Below are positions 9,132-17,087 of a DNA stretch of 64,000 nt, one piece after another. The stretch is from positions 969-64,968 of the forward strand of contig JAFGKG010000112.1 in assembly GCA_016928715.1 (NCBI GenBank), given 5' to 3'. The position numbers and the translations under genes were made by a program. The notes under the pieces are model-generated. The model saw nothing but the letters and a program-made list of their open reading frames with translations. It did no database searches and was not told the origin of the DNA. The DNA comes from Chloroflexia bacterium (GTDB lineage: Bacteria > Chloroflexota > Chloroflexia > DTKN01). Numbering within the stretch: the stretch's first letter is position 1; each line of letters opens with the position of its first letter.

Positions 9132-9166
9132 CTTCCCGGAAGCTGCAGGCTTCCGGGAAGTTTTTT
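9132..9166 (+). terminator. intrinsic terminator of Clp-REC/YbjN operon
   Basis: Perfect 12-bp stem cttcccggaagc/gcttccgggaag, a 5-nt loop, then TTTTTT (9161..9166). Confidence 0.85.
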
Positions 9167-9180
9167 CGTAGAGGTCAAGC

Positions 9181-9309
9181 AATAACTTGCCGGTTTTGAC
9201 CGGCTAAAGCCTCGACTCCGCTCCGGGAAAGCGCGATCTTTTACGGGCCTTTTAGGAGTCGAGTCTTTAGCCGGTGACGGAGAACAGGCAGCAAAACCGG
9301 CAAGTTATT
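9181..9309. repeat. 129-nt two-tier inverted repeat (long hairpin element)
   Basis: The outer 18-bp stem is perfect (9181..9198 with 9292..9309). The inner 21-bp stem has 1 mismatch (9199..9219 with 9255..9275). The right arm covers the cyclase gene stop codon. Confidence 0.8.
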
Positions 9310-12300
9310 CTTTTACAGCGTCCAACGTTCTTTGCCAGTCGTGCACGATCTGTTGATTCCAGGGATTTCCCTGTACAAAGGAGCGCCGCAGACCTGGATC
9401 TTGGATCTCGGCGGCCATCTCCTGGAGCAGTTCGTGGGCGCGCTGGAGGTAGGGCCGGGCGGCCTGGAGTCCCTGCACCTGCCGCACGATGTGAAAGTGG
9501 TGGTGGTAGAGCTGGGGGATGTCGTCGACCCGCTGGCCATACGTTTGCAAAAAAGAAACCACCTCTTGGGATATCTCCAGGGCGTCCTGAGCCCGCCCCA
9601 GTTGGAGCAGGGCCAGGGCCTCGAAGGAACGGTAATGGAATGCGTCCACCTTTTGTCCGGCGCTGGAGGCCAGTTCGCTGGCCTGCCGGAAGTGCTCTAG
9701 TGCTGGCCCAGGCTGGCCTGACGCCAGCAGCACCCGGCCGAACAAGCCCTCCGCTTCGATGATAAAGTTCCGGTTCTGCACCTCGCGCAGCAGGGCCACG
9801 CTGCGTCGAGCGGCCTCCAGGGCCGGCCCCTCCTTGTGCCGGCGCAGGTGAGCGTGGCCCAGGACAAAGTGGACCATGCCCAGCATAAAAGTGTCGCCCG
9901 AACGCTCAAAAAAGGTGCGCGCCGGCTGAACGGTCTCGATAGTTTCCTCGGCCGCTCCCAGGGCCAGCAGGGCGATGCAAACGTTGATGCGTTGGACCGC
10001 CTCGTCCCGCGGCCGGCGCAGGGCTTTATAATGCTCGACGAGCTGTCGGTAGATCTGCAGTGCCCGCTCGTATTGGGTCTCGATCGAGAGATAGATGGTG
10101 CCCAATGTCCCCAGTGCGGTCGCTTCCCCCTGTGGATCCCGGCCGCGCTGAAAGCACTGGCGGGCGCGCTGCAAGGACTCGTGCATCCGCTCGATATCAT
10201 ACTGCAGCCAGTAAGCGCGGCAGATCGTGTTCCAACAGCGGCCGGCCAGGGAATCGTCCCCGCAGCGCTCGGCCAGGACCACAGCCTCCTCAAGCCGGGA
10301 GAGGCTGTCGCAGTATTGGCCCCAATCTAATAGCATGTGGCCCTGGTGGTACAGTACGTAGGCCTGGCGCTGCTCATCACCCTGGGCCAGCCAGGCCATC
10401 TCTTGCAGCACCCGCTCCTGCTCCTCGTGCCGGCCCAGTTGCTGCAGCACCCGTTCCAGGCGCTGTAAATAGTCCCAGTGCGCCTCGGCGTTGTCCTGGG
10501 GCAGCCAGGCCCGCGCCTGGCGATAGTACTCCAGGGCCTCCCGGTTGGAAAAAGCCCGCGCGGCCCGGTTCCCCGCCCGCATCAAATAGACCCAGGCCTT
10601 TTCCCCGTTGCCGCCCAGGTGGTAGTGATGGGCCAGTAAATCGGTGACTTGATCCAGCTCGTCGACGTGAACGTCCTCCAGGTAGCGGGCCAGGGCTTGG
10701 TGTAGGGCCCGGCGCTGGGAAAAAAGCAGGCTCTCGTAGGCTACCTCGCGGGTGATAATGTGCTTGAAGAAAAAGATCCGCTCCTGGGGCTGCTCCAGCA
10801 GCAGCAGGTCCACCCGCTCCAAGGCAGCTAGCTGGGACGACAACTCTGCCTCGTCGACCTCCAGCGGGTAGATTCCCTGCAATTGGCTATAGGGCACGGT
10901 GCGCCCAATGACCGAGGCGACCTTGAGGGTCAACTGGCTGCCCTCGTCCAATTGGTCCAGGCGGGCCTGCACCACGCCCTGTACGGTCTGGGGAACCTGG
11001 AGGTGCTCCAGGTCCCCCTGCACAATACAGCTCCCGTTCTGGGGAAGCAGGCGAATGCCGGCGTCCTGCAGGGTGTTTAGTATCTCTTCGATGAAAAAGG
11101 GATTGCCCTGGGCTCGTTCCAGCAGCTTGAGCAACTCTGGAGGCAGCCGGACGTGGGCCGGCAGGTCCAATCGCAGGCGGGCCAGGGCCTGACTGCCCGC
11201 CGGTGAAAGGGCGTGCAGGCGCAGGCTCTGGCTGTGAGGGAGCCCGGCCAGTTGGCGGTAGGGAGCGGGTTGGGGCTTGTCCAGGGGGCGGTGTATGGGA
11301 AGTACGAGGACGGGATGAGAGGCGATGTTGCGGGCGATGTAGAGGAGCAGCTCCAGGGAAGGTCCGTCCATCCAGTGGATGTCCTCGAAAAGCAGCAGGG
11401 TGGGCGCGACGCCGGCCTGGTGGCGCACGATGTCCAGGATCAGTCCAGAGAGATTGCGCTTTCGTTCGGGCCCCTGCAGGTGCTCGGTAAAGGGGTTATC
11501 CGGGATGGGCAGCCCCAGAATGTCCGCCAGCAGGGGCAGGCGCACCGACAGGTCCCCCGGCATAAAGGACAGGGCGGCTTTTAGGTGCTGCACGCGTTCC
11601 TGCGCCGGTCGGTCTGGGGCCAGCTCGAACATTGTGGCGAGCAGTTGCTGGAAGGGATGGTAGGGGCTGCCCATAGTGTAGGAGAGACTGTCCGCACTAT
11701 AGAGCTGCCCCCCGCGTCCGGCCCACCATCGCGCCACCTTGCCGGCCAGGCGGCTTTTGCCCACGCCGGCCTCGCCCTCCAGCAAGATCACCTGCCCTTT
11801 TCCCGCCAGGGCCTGCTGGGCCAGCTTTTGGATCTGCGCCCATTCCTGTTCCCTGCCCACCATTTCGTCCTGGTACAACTGCTCCCAGACGAGCGGGGCG
11901 CGGTTGTCCCTCTCCATAGCCTGGAGTTCGAACGTGGGCACGGCCTCTAGCTTGCCCTTGATCACGGTCCGGCCCAGCGGCCGAAACTGGCCCCGGCCGG
12001 ACACCGCGTGCTGCAGGCGGGCGCTGACCACGATCTGGCCCCAGGTTGCCCCCTCCATCAGCCGGGAGGCCAGGTTCATCTCGTCCCCGATGGCGGTGTA
12101 GGTCCAGCGCTCCACGCTTCCCAGGGGCCCGACGAAAACAAGGCCGCTGCTGATGCCGATGCGCTGGGAGGCCACCCCTAAATCGGCTGGCCGGATGCGT
12201 TCCTGCAGGTCCAGGGCGCAGTGCAGGGCCCGTTCCCCATCGTCCTCATGGGCGTTGGGGGCGCCGAAAAGGATGAGCAGCAGGCTGCCCTTGTCCCCGA

Positions 12301-13219
12301 CCTCGACGTCGTTGAGCCGGCCGTCGTAACGCTGCACGATCGCTTGCACGGCGGCTACATAGGATTGCAGTTGCCTCCCCGCCTGCAGGTCCGGTCCCTG
12401 GAAACCGACAAAGAGGATCACCACCCGGCGGTGCTCGCCGACAAAGGCCCGACCGGCCGTCTGGATGCGCCGCAGCAGCACCGGCGGCAAAAAGGCGGCC
12501 AGTTCCGGCCGGCGCTCCGGGGGGACCAGGGTCTCGGCTGCGGCCGCAGACGCGGGTGGGGGAGCGGGGTCCCCCGCCGGTGCCCGGGCACAGCCGCCCG
12601 GCAGCGGTTGGAGCGGGACCTCCGCCGGCAGCAGCGCCTGCACCTGCCGGTCGAGTACAATCTCCCCCGGCCGGGCCCGCAGCAGCGCCTCCACTGCCGC
12701 GGCCCGGCTGGGGCCGGCCAACAGGTGCAGCAGGCCGGTCTCGACGCTGCCGAGCACGGCGGTCACTGTTTCTCCCGCGCCCAGGCCGATGCGGACCTGC
12801 AGGGGAAAGGTTCCCTGGGTGGTGTGCAGCACGGCCGTCTGGCCGACGTACTGCTGGATGGACTGGGCGCAGGCCAGCGCCCGCCGGCCAGCTGGTTCCA
12901 GTTGCTTCCCTTCGCTATCCAGGGGCATAAAGAGCGCCGTCATGGCGTCCCCGCTGAACTGGGCAGTGTCCCCGCCGTAGAGACGGCAGAGTTCGATGAT
13001 CTGGGAAAAGTGCTGGTTGAGCAGGCTGGAGAGTTCCTCGGCGCCCTGCCGGCCGGCCTGGGCCAGCGCCTCGGCCAGCGGGGTAAAGCCCGATATGTCC
13101 ACGATCAGCACGACCGCGGCAAAGCGCTGCTGCCAGCCGGGCAGCGGCCCCTTGGCGGCCTGCCGCAGCAGGTATTCGGGCAGATAGGCCAGACAGGCTC
13201 GTTCGACTCGGTCTTTCAT
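9305..13219 (-). CDS. tandem class III adenylate/guanylate cyclase - AAA (STAND-like) ATPase - TPR signalling protein
   Basis: 1304 aa. Cyclase domain 1 has VLIVDISGFTPLAE and FSGDAMTALF. Domain 2 has VILFVGFQGPD, VGDKGSLLLILFGAP and IGDEMNLASRL. The P-loop is LLEGEAGVGKSRL. The C-terminal half is rich in TPR-like repeats. Confidence 0.9.
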   Translation of the reverse strand: MKDRVERACLAYLPEYLLRQAAKGPLPGWQQRFAAVVLIVDISGFTPLAEALAQAGRQGAEELSSLLNQHFSQIIELCRLYGGDTAQFSGDAMTALFMPLDSEGKQLEPAGRRALACAQSIQQYVGQTAVLHTTQGTFPLQVRIGLGAGETVTAVLGSVETGLLHLLAGPSRAAAVEALLRARPGEIVLDRQVQALLPAEVPLQPLPGGCARAPAGDPAPPPASAAAAETLVPPERRPELAAFLPPVLLRRIQTAGRAFVGEHRRVVILFVGFQGPDLQAGRQLQSYVAAVQAIVQRYDGRLNDVEVGDKGSLLLILFGAPNAHEDDGERALHCALDLQERIRPADLGVASQRIGISSGLVFVGPLGSVERWTYTAIGDEMNLASRLMEGATWGQIVVSARLQHAVSGRGQFRPLGRTVIKGKLEAVPTFELQAMERDNRAPLVWEQLYQDEMVGREQEWAQIQKLAQQALAGKGQVILLEGEAGVGKSRLAGKVARWWAGRGGQLYSADSLSYTMGSPYHPFQQLLATMFELAPDRPAQERVQHLKAALSFMPGDLSVRLPLLADILGLPIPDNPFTEHLQGPERKRNLSGLILDIVRHQAGVAPTLLLFEDIHWMDGPSLELLLYIARNIASHPVLVLPIHRPLDKPQPAPYRQLAGLPHSQSLRLHALSPAGSQALARLRLDLPAHVRLPPELLKLLERAQGNPFFIEEILNTLQDAGIRLLPQNGSCIVQGDLEHLQVPQTVQGVVQARLDQLDEGSQLTLKVASVIGRTVPYSQLQGIYPLEVDEAELSSQLAALERVDLLLLEQPQERIFFFKHIITREVAYESLLFSQRRALHQALARYLEDVHVDELDQVTDLLAHHYHLGGNGEKAWVYLMRAGNRAARAFSNREALEYYRQARAWLPQDNAEAHWDYLQRLERVLQQLGRHEEQERVLQEMAWLAQGDEQRQAYVLYHQGHMLLDWGQYCDSLSRLEEAVVLAERCGDDSLAGRCWNTICRAYWLQYDIERMHESLQRARQCFQRGRDPQGEATALGTLGTIYLSIETQYERALQIYRQLVEHYKALRRPRDEAVQRINVCIALLALGAAEETIETVQPARTFFERSGDTFMLGMVHFVLGHAHLRRHKEGPALEAARRSVALLREVQNRNFIIEAEGLFGRVLLASGQPGPALEHFRQASELASSAGQKVDAFHYRSFEALALLQLGRAQDALEISQEVVSFLQTYGQRVDDIPQLYHHHFHIVRQVQGLQAARPYLQRAHELLQEMAAEIQDPGLRRSFVQGNPWNQQIVHDWQRTLDAVKE

Positions 13220-13225
13220 AGCGCT

Positions 13226-13254
13226 ATTGTAGAATATGCCGGGGACCTTGTCAA
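13226..13254 (-). promoter_or_regulatory. promoter of the cyclase-ATPase-TPR gene (TTGACA-17-TACAAT), predicted leaderless transcript
   Basis: On the minus strand, TTGACA is at 13254..13249 and TACAAT at 13231..13226. Six nt separate the -10 hexamer from the A of the ATG at 13219. Confidence 0.65.
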
Positions 13255-13268
13255 TGGGGCGGGCTTTT

Positions 13269-15764
13269 TTACCCCCGCTCGTAGCCCGGCCGGATATCGA
13301 CCCGCCGCAGCAGGTTGGCGTTGCTGACGACGGTGATCGAGCTGGTGGCCATGGCGATCTCGGCCAGGACCGGGTGCATCAGGCCCAGCACGGCCAGGGG
13401 GATCATGATGACGTTGTAGAAAAAGGCCCAGAACAGGTTCTGCACGATCTTGCGAAAGGTGGCCCGGGAGAGGTTCACCGCCTTGACCACCTCGGAAAGG
13501 TTGCCCCGCACCAGGGTGATGTCGGCGGCCTCGATAGCGATGTCCGTGCCGCTGCCGATGGCGATGCCCACGTCGGCCTGGGTCAGGGCCGGGGCGTCGT
13601 TGATGCCGTCGCCGACCATGCCTACGCGGCTGGCCTCCTGCTGCAGGCGGCGGATCTCCTCCACCTTGCCCTCGGGCAGCACCTCGGCCAGGACCCGCGA
13701 GATGCCGACCTGCCGGGCGATGGCCTCGGCCGTGCGGCGGTTGTCCCCGGTCAGCATGACCGTGCGCAGGCCCATGCGCTCCAGTTCGCCCACGGCGGCG
13801 ACCGCGTCCGCTTTGAGCGTGTCGGCAACGGCGATGGCGCCGAGCAGTTGGCCGGCTCGGGCGGCCAGCATGACGGTCTTGGCCTCGCCCTCCAGCCGTT
13901 CCACCTCGGCCTGGAGGGGGCCGAGGTCCAGGCCGGCCTCCTGCATAAAGCGGGGGCTGCCCACCAGCACCGGCCGGCCCTCCACCTGTGCCCGCACGCC
14001 CCGGCCGCGCTCGATCTGAAAGTCGACCGGCTCGCTCAGCTCCAGCTCCTCGGCGCGGGCGCGCTCCACTACGGCCCGGCCCAGGGGATGCTCGCTGCCC
14101 AGCTCGGCCGAGGCGGCCCAGCGCAGCAGTTCCCGTTCGGCCACCCCCAGGGGCGCCAGGTCGGTGACCTCGGGCCGGCCCTTGGTCAGGGTGCCGGTCT
14201 TGTCAAAGACGATCACCCGCAGGTCCTTCAGGGTCTGGATGGCCTCGCCGCTGCGGATGAGGATGCCGTTCTGCGCTCCGATGCCGCTGCCCACCATGAG
14301 CGCCGTGGGCGTGGCCAGCCCCAGGGCGCAGGGGCAGGCGATGACCAGCACGGCTACGGTGGCGAATATGGCCAGGGTGACCGCCCCCAGTTCCGGGTTG
14401 ACCCAGGGCAGGACCCCCGCGGCCCGCTCGGCGACGACCCCCATGGCCGAGGGAAAGATCAGCCAGGCCAGCAGGGTCAGCACGGCAATGACCACAATGA
14501 CCGGCACAAAGATGGCGGTGACGCGGTCGGCAAAGGCCTGGATGGGCACCTTGCTGCCCTGGGCCTCGTCGACCAGTTGGATGACCTGGGCCAAAAAGGT
14601 CTCCCGGCCGACACGCGCCGCCCGCACCTTGAGCAGCCCGTCCTGGTTGACGGTGGCGCCAATGACCTCCTCGCCGGGGCCTCGGTTGACGGGCATGGAC
14701 TCGCCGGTGACCATGGACTCGTCCAGGGCGCTCTCCCCCTCGACAATGATGCCGTCGGTGGGCACCTTTTCGCCGGGGCGGACGACCATGACGTCGCCCA
14801 CCTGCACCGACTCGATGGGCACCTCTTTTTCCCGGCCGTCCACCAGGATGTGGGCGGTTCTGGCCCCCAGCTCCAACAGCCGACGGATGGCCTGGGAGGC
14901 GCGGCCCTTGGCCGTGGCCTCGACGTAGCGGCCGGTCAGGTGAAAGGCCATGATCATGCCCGAGACCCCGGCATAGTTGGCGATGGCGGCCTCGCCGCCG
15001 GTCAGTGTGCCCCACAGGGCCACCGGCCCGGTCAGCAGGGAGGACAGGGTGCCCATGGCGATGAGCACGTCCATGTTGGCGTTGCCGTGGCGGAGCGAAC
15101 TCCAGGCCGAGCGGTAGGTCTGCCGGCCGGCCCAAAAGAGCACCGGCAGGGCCAGCAGCAGCATGCCGGCGTTAAAGACGGCGGCGTTGGGCCACATCAG
15201 GCCCCAGAACATCTCGGGCAGCATCCAGAGCACGATGGGCGCGGTAAAGGCCCAGGCCAGCAGCATGCGCCGGCGGGCGCGGTCCATCTTGCGCTCCTCC
15301 TCGCCGGCCTCCTCCTCGGCCACGGCCTCCATATCGACCACGTCGTAGCCGGCCTCCCGCACCGCCGCCACCAGGCCGGCCCGGTCCACCAGGCCGGGCA
15401 CGTAGGTGACGGTGGCCCGCTCGGTGGCCAAATTGACCGCTGTATCCAGGACGCCGGGCGTCTCGGTGAGCGCCTTTTCCACGTGGGCCACGCAGCTCGC
15501 GCAGGTCATGCCGGATACCGGCAGCACTACCGTCTCCTGGGAGACGTCGTAGCCGCTGTCCTGCACGGTGCGGACGAATTGGGACAGGCTGACCCGGGTG
15601 GGATCATAGTCCAGGGTGGCCCGCTCGGTGGCCAGGTTCACGGCCACCTTGTCCACGCCCTCGACCGCGCCCAGGGCCTTTTCCACGTGGGCCACGCAGC
15701 TCGCGCAGGTCATGCCCTCCACGGGCAGGGTGAGTTCTTGCTTTTTCAGTTCTTGCTTGGCCAT
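13269..15764 (-). CDS. copA: copper-translocating P1B-type ATPase with two N-terminal HMA domains
   Basis: Two GMTCASCVAHVEKAL motifs, CPCALGLATP, DKTGTLT and GDGINDAPAL. Confidence 0.95.
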   Translation of the reverse strand: MAKQELKKQELTLPVEGMTCASCVAHVEKALGAVEGVDKVAVNLATERATLDYDPTRVSLSQFVRTVQDSGYDVSQETVVLPVSGMTCASCVAHVEKALTETPGVLDTAVNLATERATVTYVPGLVDRAGLVAAVREAGYDVVDMEAVAEEEAGEEERKMDRARRRMLLAWAFTAPIVLWMLPEMFWGLMWPNAAVFNAGMLLLALPVLFWAGRQTYRSAWSSLRHGNANMDVLIAMGTLSSLLTGPVALWGTLTGGEAAIANYAGVSGMIMAFHLTGRYVEATAKGRASQAIRRLLELGARTAHILVDGREKEVPIESVQVGDVMVVRPGEKVPTDGIIVEGESALDESMVTGESMPVNRGPGEEVIGATVNQDGLLKVRAARVGRETFLAQVIQLVDEAQGSKVPIQAFADRVTAIFVPVIVVIAVLTLLAWLIFPSAMGVVAERAAGVLPWVNPELGAVTLAIFATVAVLVIACPCALGLATPTALMVGSGIGAQNGILIRSGEAIQTLKDLRVIVFDKTGTLTKGRPEVTDLAPLGVAERELLRWAASAELGSEHPLGRAVVERARAEELELSEPVDFQIERGRGVRAQVEGRPVLVGSPRFMQEAGLDLGPLQAEVERLEGEAKTVMLAARAGQLLGAIAVADTLKADAVAAVGELERMGLRTVMLTGDNRRTAEAIARQVGISRVLAEVLPEGKVEEIRRLQQEASRVGMVGDGINDAPALTQADVGIAIGSGTDIAIEAADITLVRGNLSEVVKAVNLSRATFRKIVQNLFWAFFYNVIMIPLAVLGLMHPVLAEIAMATSSITVVSNANLLRRVDIRPGYERG

Positions 15765-15796
15765 TGTACACCTCCACTGGAGAGGATTGTTTTCTG

Positions 15797-15828
15797 TATC
15801 CCCCCGGGGGGGATATGGTCCTATTATA
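15797..15828 (-). promoter_or_regulatory. copA promoter -10 (TATAAT, 15828..15823) followed by a CsoR-type G/C palindrome TATCCCCCCGGGGGGGATA (15797..15815)
   Basis: The near-perfect inverted repeat sits between the -10 hexamer and the copA RBS. It resembles known CsoR operators (TAC/TCCCC...GGGG(T/A)A). Confidence 0.55.
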
Positions 15829-15941
15829 GCAGAGGGGGTGCGGGCAAGCAGTGAGCGGGCTTACGTTCTCCCTCCCGCCAGTTGTCCCGGGACGGCTTTT
15901 GTGTTAGGATACGGTATGAGAGATTCCACTTGGAGGCCGCC

Positions 15942-17087
15942 ATGCACGTCGCCATTGATTACAGCGCCGCCGTCTGGCAGGGGGCCGGCATCGGCCGCTA
16001 CAGCCGGGCCCTGGTGGGCGCCCTGCTGCGGCTGGACCGGGAGAATCGCTACACCCTGCTCTACCCCCGGGGCTGGCCCGGCCGGCCGGCGCCCTTTTTG
16101 GGGCACCTGGCCGCCCTGCGGCGGCGCCATCCAAACCTGCGCCTGCGCCCGCTGCCCCTGAGCGACCGCTGGACGGCCATCCTCTGGCAGCGCCTGCGCC
16201 TGCCCCTGCCGGTAGAGCTGTTCTGCGGGCGCGTCGACTGCTTTTACTCGCCCGATTTCGTCCTGCCGCCCCAGATCGGCGGCCGGCGCGTGCTCACCGT
16301 GCACGACCTGGCCTTTATGGTCCACCCCGAGTGCGCCGTGCCCTCGCTGGAGTGGTACCTGCACGGCGCCGTCTCCCGCGCGCTGGAGCGGGCCGACCTG
16401 GTCCTGGCCGATTCAGAGTGCACCCGCCAGGATTTGATCCGGCTCAAGGGGGCCGACCCGCAGCGGGTGCGGGTGCTCTACCTGGGGGTGGAGGAGGACT
16501 TTCGGCCCCTGGAGGACCACGCCGCACTGGAACGGGTACGGGCACGCTACGAACTGCCGGAGCGATTCTTGTTTACCGTGGGCACCATCCAGCCGCGCAA
16601 GAACCTGCCGCGCCTGCTGCAGGCGCTGGCCTCCCTGCCCGAGGCGCTGCGGCTGCCGCTGGTCGTGGCCGGCAAGCCGGGTTGGCTCTACGAGGAGACC
16701 TTTGCAGCGGTAGAACGGTTGAGCCTGCAGTCTTGGGTGCGCTTTCTCGGCTTTACCCCCGACGAGGACCTCCCCGCCCTGCTGAACCTGGCCCTGGCCC
16801 TGGTCTACCCCTCCTTGTACGAGGGCTTTGGCCTGCCCCCCCTGGAGGCCATGGCCTGCGGCACCCCCGTGTTGACCAGCGACGCGGCCTCCCTGCCCGA
16901 GGTCGTGGGAGAGGCGGCGGTGTTGGTGGACCCACTGGACGTGGCGGGGATCGCGGCCGGCCTGCGCCGCCTAATCGAGGACGGCGCCCTGCGACAGTCG
17001 CTCCGGGCGGCCGGCCTGGAGCGGGCGCGGGGCTTTAGTTGGGAGCGCTCGGCGCGGCAGTTGCTGGAGTTTTTGGGCCAGGGTTGA
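15942..17087 (+). CDS. glycosyltransferase family 4
   Basis: ATG at 15942 after GGAGG. The GT4 C-terminal signature is PSLYEGFGLPPLEAMACGTPVLTS. Confidence 0.85.
   Translation: MHVAIDYSAAVWQGAGIGRYSRALVGALLRLDRENRYTLLYPRGWPGRPAPFLGHLAALRRRHPNLRLRPLPLSDRWTAILWQRLRLPLPVELFCGRVDCFYSPDFVLPPQIGGRRVLTVHDLAFMVHPECAVPSLEWYLHGAVSRALERADLVLADSECTRQDLIRLKGADPQRVRVLYLGVEEDFRPLEDHAALERVRARYELPERFLFTVGTIQPRKNLPRLLQALASLPEALRLPLVVAGKPGWLYEETFAAVERLSLQSWVRFLGFTPDEDLPALLNLALALVYPSLYEGFGLPPLEAMACGTPVLTSDAASLPEVVGEAAVLVDPLDVAGIAAGLRRLIEDGALRQSLRAAGLERARGFSWERSARQLLEFLGQG

Noticed and set aside
9305-13219. The cyclase protein as a Pycsar/CBASS-like antiphage cyclase.
   Set aside because: The architecture (tandem class III cyclase + AAA + TPR, 1304 aa) matches widespread housekeeping signalling proteins. 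No adjacent effector gene (TIR, TM or nuclease) is present.
12221-13327. A 368-aa plus-strand ORF spanning the 5' end of the cyclase gene and the copA 3' end.
   Set aside because: It crosses a promoter and an intergenic region. It is low-complexity and antisense to two well-supported genes.
13236-15854. An 872-aa ORF on the plus strand, antisense to copA.
   Set aside because: Low-complexity Gly/Asp/His/Ala/Pro-rich translation with no motifs. It fully overlaps a gene with unambiguous P1B-ATPase motifs. This is a typical high-GC mirror ORF.
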